Notes under the pieces: model-generated
Seen by the model: the letters and a program-made list of their open reading frames with translations, nothing else
The model's database searches: none
Told to the model about the DNA's origin: nothing
DNA from: Nanobdellota archaeon
GTDB lineage: Archaea; Nanobdellota; Nanobdellia; Woesearchaeales; GW2011-AR9
NCBI GenBank assembly: GCA_038045005.1
Contig: JBBSYZ010000013.1
Location: forward strand, 1 to 42,867
Direction of reading: 5' to 3'
DNA: 42,867 nucleotides
In this document: piece by piece, positions 22,588 to 32,425 of the stretch
How positions within the stretch are numbered: the first letter of the stretch is position 1
How the letters are laid out: each line of letters opens with the position of its first letter
Program-made: the position numbers and the translations under genes

Positions 22588-23553
22588 TTATACCCTCGTC
22601 TTGGTTATAATTATTCTGTATTTCTTCATCATGGCTTTCGCTTCTTTTTCGGTGAGCAGCTTATTTTTAGCGCCCAGATGCTGAAGAACTGAAGAAGCAT
22701 TCACCTGCCCTAAACGCAGAGCGTCTTCAAACGGGTAGCGCTTTATGATCCCGAACAATAAGCCGGAAGTGAAAGCGTCGCCCGCGCCGGTCGTATCGAT
22801 AATCTTCACATCCGGCGTGGCCTCGGTGTGATAGATCATATTGTTTTGCAGCGCTGCAAATCCCTTCCTTCCGTCGGTGATGACTACTGCTTTAGGACCC
22901 CACCCCTGCAATTCCTTCAATAACCAAAAAATATCTTTCGAGGAAGTCCCTGCTAAAGCTTGGGCTTCCGCTTTGTTAAGGACTAAGACGGCCGTATTTT
23001 TTAAAATAGGCCTGAGAATTTTTTTTCCTTTCCGCGCCAGATACAAAGAAGGATTGAACAGCAACGGAAGATTTTTTTTTCTGGCGATCTCAACTATGCG
23101 GGGAATGGCCCGGAATGACTTTCCCGTCAATGAAGCCAGATAGATCCAGCGGCACTTGAACTGTGATTCTTTGAAATCTTTCCGCGACAGATCTGTGGAT
23201 GCGCCCTTGTGGACAAAAATTACCCGGTCTTTCTCTTTGATGGAATAAACTACCGTGGCAGAATCGGTCATCTCCCTGCTGGCGCTTAAGCAGATATTTT
23301 CAACCTGATATTTTCCCAGATCCTTCTTGATGAAATCCGCATCGTGGTCGCGGCTTAGCTTGGTAAGTGTTTTTACTTTCAGTCCCAGCCTTGATAAAGC
23401 AGCTGCGGAATTGGCAGCTCCCCCGCCGGAATATTTTCCGGATGATTTCACCAGGACTTTGTCCCCAGATTTCAGGGAAGAAAATGGCTGCTCTATGCTG
23501 AGGAAAGTATCTATGGTAGCCGAACCTATGCAAAGAACATCGTAGTTTGACAT
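22588..23553 (-). CDS. PfkB-family sugar/sugar-phosphate kinase
   Basis: YDVLCIGSATIDTF, GGGAANSA, DTTGAGDAFTSG. It heads the kinase-aldolase-rpiB-rpe operon. Confidence 0.8.
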   Translation of the reverse strand: MSNYDVLCIGSATIDTFLSIEQPFSSLKSGDKVLVKSSGKYSGGGAANSAAALSRLGLKVKTLTKLSRDHDADFIKKDLGKYQVENICLSASREMTDSATVVYSIKEKDRVIFVHKGASTDLSRKDFKESQFKCRWIYLASLTGKSFRAIPRIVEIARKKNLPLLFNPSLYLARKGKKILRPILKNTAVLVLNKAEAQALAGTSSKDIFWLLKELQGWGPKAVVITDGRKGFAALQNNMIYHTEATPDVKIIDTTGAGDAFTSGLLFGIIKRYPFEDALRLGQVNASSVLQHLGAKNKLLTEKEAKAMMKKYRIIITKTRV

Positions 23554-23639
23554 CTATTCACCAAAAAGAGAGAATATTTAGTGGTTTAAAAAGATTCTTC
23601 TAATAAAATTTATAAACAGCGCATTTTCTTAGCATAACC

Positions 23640-23870
23640 ATGACTGCTACAGAAATGCCTAAAGACGAAAAGATCGGCTTCCATAAAGGCTCTTTAGCTA
23701 CTTTAAGCAAGGAACGGGAAGAATTGATGCGGATCCTGCATATAGTAGAACAGCTGATGCAGATGCACCTTAAAGAATTGAAAGATTTAGGCGTGGATCT
23801 GGCTGCCCAAGCTAAAGACGAACCTAAGAAGCTGAAAGGAAAGAAAGCGATCGAAGACGTCTTGGGCTGA
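23640..23870 (+). CDS. Hypothetical helical 76-aa protein
   Basis: ORF only. Confidence 0.35.
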   Translation: MTATEMPKDEKIGFHKGSLATLSKEREELMRILHIVEQLMQMHLKELKDLGVDLAAQAKDEPKKLKGKKAIEDVLG

Positions 23871-23886
23871 TCGAATATATTTTTAA

Positions 23887-24690
23887 CTAAAGATTAAATA
23901 CTTTTTTGGCATTTTCATAAAAAACCAAGCGGTGATGTTCCCTGGGCACCGCATGTTTGATCACTTGGATGTAATCATGCATGTTTACCAACGGCCAATC
24001 GCTGCCGTAGAGAAATTTATCTGGGCGGTCGCTGGCTTCAAAAGCATAACGGATATCTTCTACGACATATTTCGGCGCCTTGGGAACCCGGCCGACGCAC
24101 AAAGCTGACAGGTCAGCATACACGTTTTCGTTCTTATACACCAGTTCCGTCGCTTCCCGCACCCAGGGGAAACCCAAGTGGGCTAGGATGAAGGTGGTTT
24201 GGGGAAACTTTACTGCAATTTCATCCACCGCCAAAGGATGGGAATATTTCACCAGATATTGGCTGCCGAAAGTGTCGCCGGTATGGATGATCACCGGAAC
24301 GCCGTATCTGCCCGCCAAACGATAAAAGGGAAAATAACGCTTGTCGCTCGGATAAACGGGGTGATATCCGGGAAATATCTTTAAGCCGTAAATTCTCTGC
24401 TCTTTCAACAATTTCTCCGTAGCATTGATGCAGCTCCTGCCGACATGCTTAGGATCGATGCTGCAGACTATCTTCAAACGCGGATCCCGCTCGGCCTGGC
24501 TTAACAGCATACTGCTGCCTCCCGGAGTAGGCGCATCATGATCGATGGGTATGGCGATCGCGGCCTGAACCCCATTTTTCTTCAGTGCTTCCTGTAACCC
24601 TCTCCAGGAAAATTCGATGCCGTGCTCTAAAGCAGAATCATCCTTTTTATGGGAAAAATCAGTATGTATGTGCGCATCGATTATTTTCAT
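23887..24690 (-). CDS. Amidohydrolase-2 family metal-dependent TIM-barrel hydrolase
   Basis: MKIIDAHIHTDF (HxH), IIHTGD, AHLGFPW, GSDWP. Confidence 0.75.
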   Translation of the reverse strand: MKIIDAHIHTDFSHKKDDSALEHGIEFSWRGLQEALKKNGVQAAIAIPIDHDAPTPGGSSMLLSQAERDPRLKIVCSIDPKHVGRSCINATEKLLKEQRIYGLKIFPGYHPVYPSDKRYFPFYRLAGRYGVPVIIHTGDTFGSQYLVKYSHPLAVDEIAVKFPQTTFILAHLGFPWVREATELVYKNENVYADLSALCVGRVPKAPKYVVEDIRYAFEASDRPDKFLYGSDWPLVNMHDYIQVIKHAVPREHHRLVFYENAKKVFNL

Positions 24691-24739
24691 GCTAAAATTA
24701 AAGCGGAAAGCTTATTTATAAAAATTATGCTACCTCCTT

Positions 24740-25213
24740 TCAGACAATAACTTCCCCGCGGTTGATCTTCGGCAGATAATTAAGTATTACCCCTTCCTTA
24801 TATTTTGAACAGCCGATGATGTCATTTTCGTATTTGATTAAGATGTAACGTGATTTGCCGCCTAAATCTTTTTTTAAATCTGCGCCGTTAAAATACTGTT
24901 TTATCTCTTCCCTGTCCAGCGCAACGACATGTTTCAAGCCATCTGGATTTTCTTTCGCCAACAATTGCGCGCCTTCTTTGCTCAATCGGACATGACTATC
25001 TTTCACTTCTACAACGTATAAACCTACTTTATCTACACGCAATTTTTCCAGATCTACCTTAACTATATCTTTATTGATCAAAAATAATTTGCCATTGGCA
25101 TTTTGCAGATAGGCATAAACGCCAGTAAAGAACGCACCATACTGTTCCAGCATGAGCTCCCTTATCTTCTTTATATCTCTGGTATTAAGAATGGTCAGCT
25201 TTTGCATTGCCAA
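24740..25213 (-). CDS. PUA-like RNA-binding protein (Nip7/UPF0113-like), tentative
   Basis: 157 aa, a two-domain beta-rich protein immediately downstream of infB and overlapping it. Called from size, context and the C-terminal pattern only. Confidence 0.4.
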   Translation of the reverse strand: MAMQKLTILNTRDIKKIRELMLEQYGAFFTGVYAYLQNANGKLFLINKDIVKVDLEKLRVDKVGLYVVEVKDSHVRLSKEGAQLLAKENPDGLKHVVALDREEIKQYFNGADLKKDLGGKSRYILIKYENDIIGCSKYKEGVILNYLPKINRGEVIV

Positions 25214-26993
25214 TCCCCCACACCGGATTATCTTTCCGCTTGATTTCTGCGATTTCCTTCAGAACTTCTAATTCCCTTTTAGAAAGATGCTTTTTCAGTT
25301 CTTTCAATTTTTTGAAATGATCCTCTGGAATATCTGTATATAGATGATCTCCTTCCCTAACCTGCCGCCCGATAGTGACGTTGTCCATAGCCATGGCGAC
25401 CTGTTTTCCCTGTTCGGCAATGTTTAATGATTCCTGCTCCTGCCCCAGACTTTTCACCGCAGAGATTCTAACTCCGTCAGCGCGAAGAATCGGATCTCCC
25501 GCCCGAATTCTTCCGGCCTCAATTTCTACGCCGACAATGGCCGGATTGCTCTGCCGGAACACATATCCTTTCAGAATAAAGAATTTACAGGGGCGCACCA
25601 GATTGGAAAGTTCGCGGATCTCAATTTCTTTTTTCAGGTTACTGACATATTTTTCGTAATCTTCGATTATTTTGTAGATTACTTCGTTGGTAATAAGCCG
25701 CAACCCTTTTGCTTTGGCGTAATCCGCCAGATCAGCAGAAACCGCGATGTTAAATCCCAGCAGGACTCCGGTAAATTCGTCTTTTTCTTTCAATGATTCC
25801 AGCGTGGACAGGTCTTTCTTTGCCACATCACCCAACGATACTGAAGCGATAGGAATATTCTTTTCTTCGAGCATATGCCGCAATGCTTCCAGGCCGCCGA
25901 TGGTGTCCGCTTTGACCATGACGCCGTTCTCGCTTTCTAAGAAGCTCATCACTTCAGTCAATTCCTGCTGGACTTCCGCCTTTACGTGCTCAATCTCTTC
26001 AGAATTATTTGGGCAGCTGCGCAGAGGCATTCCGGCAACCGCAGTTTCTAATCCGGGAGCAGCTATCTTTACGCCGGTGGCAGCAGTGACCTCTTTAACA
26101 TTCCTGAACTTGTTTTTTTTCTCCCGCATCTCTGCTAAGTCCTGCGGTTCGAGCAAAGCGCGGACTTTAGTGACGATGGGATTTTCCAGGGAACCGACGA
26201 CGATGATATCGTTTACGCGCAATTTTCCGTTATAGATTATGCAATCGATAGTCAGGCCCAGCCCTTTTTCCTCTTTAAGCTCCAATATCGTTCCGCGGCA
26301 GTTCCCTTGTTCGTCAATTTCCAACTTTTTTTCAAGATATCTCTGCGCCAATCCGGTGAGAATCATCAACAATTCAGGGATTCCCTGGCCGGTGAATGCG
26401 GAAACGGGAATTATAGCTACCTGTTTGGTGTAATCACTGACCCGGTCGAACCGTTCCGCCTGCATCCCGTGCTCAGCTGCCTGAGCGACCAATTCATACA
26501 TCTTTTTTTCAAAATTTCCCTGTATTTCATAACTGAGAGAATTGATGTTGTCTAAAGAAAATTTATGCAGGTCATATTTCCAGCCGTTAAGGAGATCTAT
26601 CTTATTGGCAGCGATGACGAAAGGCACTTTATTTGCTTTGAGAATTTCTATTGATTCTACAGTCTGAGGCCGGAACCCTTCATTTATATCCACCACCAAG
26701 ACGGCAAGATCCGCTAAAGATCCTCCGCGTTTCCGCAACGATATAAATGCGGCATGTCCGGGAGAATCTATGAACAGCAATCCTGGAATGGTAGGGGTCG
26801 ATTTAAAGGTATCTAATAATGAACCACAGACAGTTTGGATGGTTTTTATGGGCACGATGCTGCAGCCGATAGCCTGAGTTATGCCGCCGGCTTCTCTGGA
26901 TACCACGGCAGTGCCTCTGATGCGGTCTAAGATGCTGGACTTGCCGTGGTCTACGTGTCCAAGTACGGTTACGATCGGTCGTCTGATGGCCAT
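25185..26993 (-). CDS. infB: Translation initiation factor aIF5B (IF-2)
   Basis: RPIVTVLGHVDHGKSSILD, DSPGHAAF, LRKRGGSLADLAVLVVD, AANKID. 602 aa. Confidence 0.95.
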   Translation of the reverse strand: MAIRRPIVTVLGHVDHGKSSILDRIRGTAVVSREAGGITQAIGCSIVPIKTIQTVCGSLLDTFKSTPTIPGLLFIDSPGHAAFISLRKRGGSLADLAVLVVDINEGFRPQTVESIEILKANKVPFVIAANKIDLLNGWKYDLHKFSLDNINSLSYEIQGNFEKKMYELVAQAAEHGMQAERFDRVSDYTKQVAIIPVSAFTGQGIPELLMILTGLAQRYLEKKLEIDEQGNCRGTILELKEEKGLGLTIDCIIYNGKLRVNDIIVVGSLENPIVTKVRALLEPQDLAEMREKKNKFRNVKEVTAATGVKIAAPGLETAVAGMPLRSCPNNSEEIEHVKAEVQQELTEVMSFLESENGVMVKADTIGGLEALRHMLEEKNIPIASVSLGDVAKKDLSTLESLKEKDEFTGVLLGFNIAVSADLADYAKAKGLRLITNEVIYKIIEDYEKYVSNLKKEIEIRELSNLVRPCKFFILKGYVFRQSNPAIVGVEIEAGRIRAGDPILRADGVRISAVKSLGQEQESLNIAEQGKQVAMAMDNVTIGRQVREGDHLYTDIPEDHFKKLKELKKHLSKRELEVLKEIAEIKRKDNPVWGIGNAKADHS

Positions 26994-27099
26994 AGAGTAT
27001 AAAGCTGAAGGGTTCTTTTTAAATTTACTCTCTTTGTTGCAGATAATTTATAAATCGGAGTTTGCGGCATGAAAACATTTAATTTCAGAAGGTGAAAAA

Positions 27100-27975
27100 A
27101 TGACAAAAAAACTAGAAGCGGTAATTCTTGATTGGGCCGGGACTACTATGGATTATGGGTGCATGGCTCCGGCAGTAGTTTTCCAGAAAGTATTTGCGGA
27201 AATGGGAGTTCCGATAACTATGGAAGAAGCGCGCAAACCTATGGGTGCGCATAAAAAAGTGCATATACAAAAAATCACTGAAAATCCTGCCGTGCAGGAA
27301 CGATGGAAAGAGCAGTATGGAAGAAAGCCTGCTGAAGACGACGTGCAGAAGATGTTTGAATCATTTGTTCCGGCGCAGATAGAAGTCTTGGCTGATTACG
27401 CTGCCTTGATCCCCGGAACTTTGGAAGTGATAGCTGAATTAAGAAAGATGGGATTGAAGATAGGCTCTACCACCGGTTATACCGGAGACATGATGAAAGT
27501 CCTTATGGCCGAAGCTGCAAAGCAGGGCTACGTCCCTGATACAACCGTATGCGCGACTGGAGAATTTGCAGTATGCAGAGGAAACTTTTACCGCTGGGGA
27601 AGCATTTTTGGCGCAGAGGATAATTGGAACATCAGCAGGGATGCTCCGCATATGTGCAATCTTAATGCGGCCTTGCTTGGCGTAAACAATCCTTATCTGT
27701 GCGTTAAAGTAGGAGACACTATCCCTGATATTCTGGAAGGAAAAAACGCTGGCATGTGGAGCGTCGGCCTGACTAAAACCGGAAACGAGATGGGATTGAC
27801 TGAAGCAGAAATCAATGCCCTGCCGGCGGAAGAGTTAAGGATAAGATTACAGCATACGCATGACCGGATGCTGGGCCTGGGAGCGGATTACGCTGCCGAA
27901 AGCATCGCGGAAGTTCCGGCGATCGTCAGAAAGATAAATTCTCTTCTGTACCAGGGCATTAAACCAAGAAAATGA
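27100..27975 (+). CDS. phnX: Phosphonoacetaldehyde hydrolase (phosphonatase, HAD family) with an ~21-aa insertion
   Basis: ILDWAGTTMDYGCMAP, EEARKPMG, IGSTTGY, VKVGDT..D..EG.NAGMW. These match PhnX closely. Confidence 0.8.
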   Translation: MTKKLEAVILDWAGTTMDYGCMAPAVVFQKVFAEMGVPITMEEARKPMGAHKKVHIQKITENPAVQERWKEQYGRKPAEDDVQKMFESFVPAQIEVLADYAALIPGTLEVIAELRKMGLKIGSTTGYTGDMMKVLMAEAAKQGYVPDTTVCATGEFAVCRGNFYRWGSIFGAEDNWNISRDAPHMCNLNAALLGVNNPYLCVKVGDTIPDILEGKNAGMWSVGLTKTGNEMGLTEAEINALPAEELRIRLQHTHDRMLGLGADYAAESIAEVPAIVRKINSLLYQGIKPRK

Positions 27976-28033
27976 GGGACATAATCCATAATCGGCACGA
28001 TATTTTTTAAATTCTCATTACTTTTTCATTTTC

Positions 28034-29158
28034 ATGCCGCAATTCGTGACCGAACAATCATGCAAGATCAAGATTGATCTTCCCGCAAAAATCCATTCCG
28101 GCATGGAAGTATTTTACAATCCGGTGATGGCTTCCAATAGAAACATTGCCATTCTGCTGCTTAATTCAGTTGAGAATGAGAATATGAATATCGCTTCTCC
28201 TCTTGCCGGCTCGGGCATAAGAGAACTGCGCTTCTTAAAAGAATTGAAGCCGGGAAAGGCAAAATATATTTTCGTGAATGACATAAAAGAAAATTTTCCG
28301 AAGGTATTTGCAGGGAACCTGAAATTGAATAATCTGAAAAAAGATAAACTTATCATCCATAATGATGATGCTAATCTTTTTTTACTGAATCAAGTCAAGC
28401 ACGGCATCGATGATCAGTTCTGCGGTTATTTTGATTACATCGACATAGACCCCTTCGGCAGCCCCAATCCTTTCTTAGCCGCTGCCGCGGCACGGATAAC
28501 GCGCAACGGGATCCTCGCCGTGACCGCTACGGATACTGCGGCCTTGACCGGGACTTATCCAGCAGTCACCAGAAGGAAATACTGGGCCAGGATGGTGCGG
28601 AACCACATGATGCACGAGCTGGGATTGCGGATATTGATCCGAAAAATTCAGCTGCAGGGGGCGCAGTTTGACAAAGCGCTGAACCCCCTGCTTGCGTATC
28701 ACAAAGACCATTATTTCAGGATTTATTTCCGGTGCATCAAGGGAAAAGAGAACTGCGATGAAGTGCTTAAGCAGCACCGATATTTATTGTTAAATCATCG
28801 GACTTTGGAATATCATGTTTCTGAATTTAATGCCGAGAAAGGATTTGATTATTTCGGCCCGCTGTGGACGGGAAAATTATTTGACCGAAAATTGCTGGTG
28901 ACAATGGCCGGGAATAATCCTTTCCCGGAAGAACAGAAATTTCTGGAACTGCTGAAAGAAGAATCGAAGCTGGATACAGTCGGATTTTATGACCTGCATG
29001 TGATCGCCAAAAAATACGGATTGGAAACGACCAAGCTGGAACCGGTCTTGAAGAAAGTAAAAGGGGCGCGGACGCATTTCTCTCCCACCGGGATAAAGAC
29101 GGATAAAGGGATTAAAGAGGTAGTGAAGGCGATGAAGAAAATTTCCGGCAGGGATTGA
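28034..29158 (+). CDS. trm1: tRNA (guanine26-N2)-dimethyltransferase Trm1
   Basis: VFYNPVMASNRNIAILLL, IDIDPFGSPNPFL, LAVTATD. Confidence 0.9.
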   Translation: MPQFVTEQSCKIKIDLPAKIHSGMEVFYNPVMASNRNIAILLLNSVENENMNIASPLAGSGIRELRFLKELKPGKAKYIFVNDIKENFPKVFAGNLKLNNLKKDKLIIHNDDANLFLLNQVKHGIDDQFCGYFDYIDIDPFGSPNPFLAAAAARITRNGILAVTATDTAALTGTYPAVTRRKYWARMVRNHMMHELGLRILIRKIQLQGAQFDKALNPLLAYHKDHYFRIYFRCIKGKENCDEVLKQHRYLLLNHRTLEYHVSEFNAEKGFDYFGPLWTGKLFDRKLLVTMAGNNPFPEEQKFLELLKEESKLDTVGFYDLHVIAKKYGLETTKLEPVLKKVKGARTHFSPTGIKTDKGIKEVVKAMKKISGRD

Positions 29159-29402
29159 TTTTTTTGGGTGGATACTTCGGAAAAGTGCTGAGACAAAAAC
29201 AGAAAAAATAATAGATTTAATAGTATTATTGTCCTCGAGTAGTTAGATAGCTTGAAAGAAGCTTAGAAATCCCTGCGGCAGTTGGATCATCCATTGCTTT
29301 TACTGCTCCTTCCGGGTCAGCTAATAGTGCATCGTAATGAACTTTGAATCCATTCGGTGCTGGTGTCCGGTAAGGGCTGCTATTTTTCGCGTTACGGACA
29401 CT

Positions 29403-30155
29403 TCACTCCTCACGACGTACCCCACGAACGCAGACAACTTCATCGTAGTCACGGGGATGTCTACAGTAGCTAGGGTTATTATGGACACTACCACTAAACT
29501 CGCTAACAAAATCAGCGAGGTGGATATGGTTAAAATTGTCGCGGGAAACCCGGGAAGCCCGCGCAAACGCACCTTTTTCTGTAAGATTCCAAACGACAAT
29601 TGGATTAACAACCCATATGCGGGTTTCACGCTGGTAGGAGTTCTGGTCATATATTCTCTCCATATTTTTGACAAAATCATTTCCCTGGCCGAAGAAATGT
29701 TCTGCAAACTTACGGTCTTTAGCGTTCATTTTTTCATAACCCCCAGGAGTTGTTTTAACAAGAAAATAGCACATCCCATCTTTAAATAAATACAAGGACA
29801 GTTCAGGCAGAGCAATCTGCATTGTATCGGGAGCGGCAAGAGCCCGTTCAAGATCAGCCTGCGGGACATAATACGGGCGCTGATTAACAAACTCCTCAAA
29901 GGCGGCATCAATATTTTGTAAAATAGGATTCTGCGCTTCTCTGGTTACTGCTAAAGTAGGAATATTTCTGTTATTGCCATCTAAAAAATATATTGCTCCG
30001 TCAGCAGCATTGGGTGACATCGAGCATAGTTCTTCATTGCTGCGACGTTCGTTCATCAATTCATCAGCGTGCAGCATAGTGCCGGGCTGAAGCTGTCGGT
30101 AAGCATCGCGTAAGTTTCCAGTTATGGTTTCTAAAGTCATGGTAAGTTCCTCCAA
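29403..30155 (-). CDS. Hypothetical 250-aa protein, no recognisable family
   Basis: The longest and most protein-like of three mutually overlapping ORFs in a locally GC-richer patch. Confidence 0.45.
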   Translation of the reverse strand: MEELTMTLETITGNLRDAYRQLQPGTMLHADELMNERRSNEELCSMSPNAADGAIYFLDGNNRNIPTLAVTREAQNPILQNIDAAFEEFVNQRPYYVPQADLERALAAPDTMQIALPELSLYLFKDGMCYFLVKTTPGGYEKMNAKDRKFAEHFFGQGNDFVKNMERIYDQNSYQRETRIWVVNPIVVWNLTEKGAFARASRVSRDNFNHIHLADFVSEFSGSVHNNPSYCRHPRDYDEVVCVRGVRREE

Positions 30156-30213
30156 ATAGATGATTATCTGCTATTTTGACTCTACTTTTTAAAACTTACT
30201 TTCAAATACAGCC

Positions 30214-31353
30214 TCATTTAATATCCGTCAGCTTATAATTTACTATGAACGGATAAACCAGCGCGATGAGCGCGAATAAGATGAATACGGCAAGGTATAA
30301 CTGCAGGAAAAAGATGAGCGCGGCGATGCCTAAAGTGATGGTCCTGCCGATATTCAGTAAAAATTCCCGGGTCCTCCAGAATTCCAGATCTGTTTTTTTG
30401 GCGTCTAAGGATATGGCCAGCCGCAAAGGCGAAGAGATGCTGTAGATCACCGTGAAAATGCCTACAGCAACATACCAGGCCGCCGCATTTCTGGCCGAAG
30501 GCAATACTACGATAGATACTGCCATCAGCAGGAATAATATCTGGATGAATTTTTTTCTTTTCTGGCTGTGGTCAGAACGCATCGATAAAAATATGGCGAT
30601 GGCGAAGCCTATCAATCCGGTATATCCCAAGAACAGCCCCACATCAAGAGTGGTTTTCAGGAACAGCAAAGCGTATATCGGGACGATAGCGCCGCTGAAA
30701 TGCTGCAATGAACCTTCTAAGATCGTGATGGTTTTCAATCCCTTGAAATTGCGCAGCCCGCGGACAAAATCCAACACATATTTCTCTTCCGGAACATATT
30801 TCCACACCAGCCATATGGGAATCAGAAACAAGATGGCAGAAAGCCCAAAAAGCCAGCGGTAGCCGAAAGCATGGGCAAAAACTGCGCTTAAAGGCGGGAT
30901 GACGGCTGCGATCAATCCGGGAGTGAGCATATAAAAAGAAGAATCGACCGCGTTGGTATTTTTTTCTGAGTTGCGGAAAAAAATATAATTTAAGGTTATC
31001 CAAAAGATACATATATTGGCGGCGATGAAAAAAGCGTAGAGGAAAAATGAGATCGATGCTGGCAATAGGGAAAATGAAGCTACCGCAAACGCAAAAAAAA
31101 GAAAACCGAGCATCAGAAAGCGGCGCGTCGAGAATCGCCTGACCAACGGAATTATGGCCGCGCTTAAACCCGTATATAACGCATACAAGAGGATTATATG
31201 ATAAAGGCCGTATCCTTGTTCCTTCAGGAATAACGGCAGGAGGGAGAGAGAGAAAGTTACGCAGATGGTGTTCAAGACCAAGAGCAAAAAACCGATCTTA
31301 AACCGTGAAAAATAAGAACTTACTGAAACAGGGATAGTTTGAAGAGCGGACAT
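30214..31353 (-). CDS. Polytopic membrane transporter, MFS-like
   Basis: 379 aa with about 10-12 hydrophobic segments and the loop RRFSTRRF after TM2. Confidence 0.55.
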   Translation of the reverse strand: MSALQTIPVSVSSYFSRFKIGFLLLVLNTICVTFSLSLLPLFLKEQGYGLYHIILLYALYTGLSAAIIPLVRRFSTRRFLMLGFLFFAFAVASFSLLPASISFFLYAFFIAANICIFWITLNYIFFRNSEKNTNAVDSSFYMLTPGLIAAVIPPLSAVFAHAFGYRWLFGLSAILFLIPIWLVWKYVPEEKYVLDFVRGLRNFKGLKTITILEGSLQHFSGAIVPIYALLFLKTTLDVGLFLGYTGLIGFAIAIFLSMRSDHSQKRKKFIQILFLLMAVSIVVLPSARNAAAWYVAVGIFTVIYSISSPLRLAISLDAKKTDLEFWRTREFLLNIGRTITLGIAALIFFLQLYLAVFILFALIALVYPFIVNYKLTDIK

Positions 31354-31366
31354 GGCTGATCGACCC

Positions 31367-31831
31367 TTACTTCTGTTTCTCGTATCTTCCCATCAGTTCT
31401 GCGCGGGCAAGAATGTGTTTTTTCATAGCCGCTTCAACTTCTTCCTTTGATGATCCTTCCGGCAAACCTAATCCCGTATCCAAAGCATACAGTTTGAAAA
31501 AGTAGCGATGCACCCGGTCGGGAGGACAAGGCCCTTTGTAATCGAGATTTCCACTCGTTCCTTTTCCCCGGATTCCTTTGGGCGCTTCCCCTTCGGGGAT
31601 CTCTTTGGTGTAAGGCGGGATGTTAAACACTACCCAATGATCCCATACTTTTCCTGCCGGTATGACCGCATCAGGATCGTCCATGATCAAGACTAAACTT
31701 TTAGTGCCTTCCGGAACATTGGAAATCAACAGCGGAGGACTGATGTTTGCTCCGTCACAGGTATATCTTGGGGAAATCCTCCCTTTTACGATAAGCGCGG
31801 AACTGGTTAGATCCATGTTGAATACCTCCAT
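31367..31831 (-). CDS. PEBP / YbhB-YbcL family protein
   Basis: MDDPDA, WDHWVVFNIP, GPCPPDRVHRYFFKLYALD. Confidence 0.85.
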   Translation of the reverse strand: MEVFNMDLTSSALIVKGRISPRYTCDGANISPPLLISNVPEGTKSLVLIMDDPDAVIPAGKVWDHWVVFNIPPYTKEIPEGEAPKGIRGKGTSGNLDYKGPCPPDRVHRYFFKLYALDTGLGLPEGSSKEEVEAAMKKHILARAELMGRYEKQK

Positions 31832-31940
31832 TTTTTACGGATGAACAATCGATGAACTATAAAAGTAATCAAGATATAAATAAGTTATGGAAAATAATAA
31901 AAGCAGAATCTATTACCTGGAAAAGCAAATCCTAAAGATT

Positions 31941-32219
31941 CTATCCTAAGGCCAGATCCATCTTGGCGATCTCTGCGCTCTGCACGCCTGCAATCTTGCC
32001 CATCTCTTCTGCAATGGCATCAAAATCAGAACCTTCAACTTCGTACATCGCTAAAATCAGGACCGCTTTCAGGCCGAAAGCTATCGGCTCAACTTTAACC
32101 TGCATCTGCCCGATAGCTCCTTCATCACGAGCTATCCCTTCTGCTTCCAGCTTGATTGCTTCTAAATCCGTATCCGGTGATTCAGGCATTAACTTAAAGG
32201 TAATAATTGCCTTGGCCAT
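31941..32219 (-). CDS. ef1b: Elongation factor 1-beta (aEF-1beta)
   Basis: 92 aa: MAKAIITFKLMPESPDTDLE...VEPIAFGLKA...VQSAEI. Confidence 0.85.
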   Translation of the reverse strand: MAKAIITFKLMPESPDTDLEAIKLEAEGIARDEGAIGQMQVKVEPIAFGLKAVLILAMYEVEGSDFDAIAEEMGKIAGVQSAEIAKMDLALG

Positions 32220-32221
32220 GT

Positions 32222-32389
32222 TTAGTTAGGCCCTTCAAAACCGCAAGGGCAGGTATACTTTAATCCATTTACTCTGGCATAAGAACTGCGCACAATTTCA
32301 TGGTCGCCGCATTTAGGGCAAGGAAAAACTACTGCGCCTTCATCGTTATCGATTCTTTTCTTTGTTGCTGAACAGATTTTTGCTTCCAT
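32222..32389 (-). CDS. Zn-ribbon protein (COG2888-like) that typically precedes aEF-1beta in archaea
   Basis: Hand-translated, 55 aa: MEAKICSATKKRIDNDEGAVVFPCPKCGDHEIVRSSYARVNGLKYTCPCGFEGPN. It has CPKC...CPC, and its stop is 2 nt before the ef1b start. Confidence 0.7.
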   Translation of the reverse strand: MEAKICSATKKRIDNDEGAVVFPCPKCGDHEIVRSSYARVNGLKYTCPCGFEGPN

Positions 32390-32425
32390 AGATGGTTACG
32401 GATAGGGGGTTATTTATAAAGTTTT

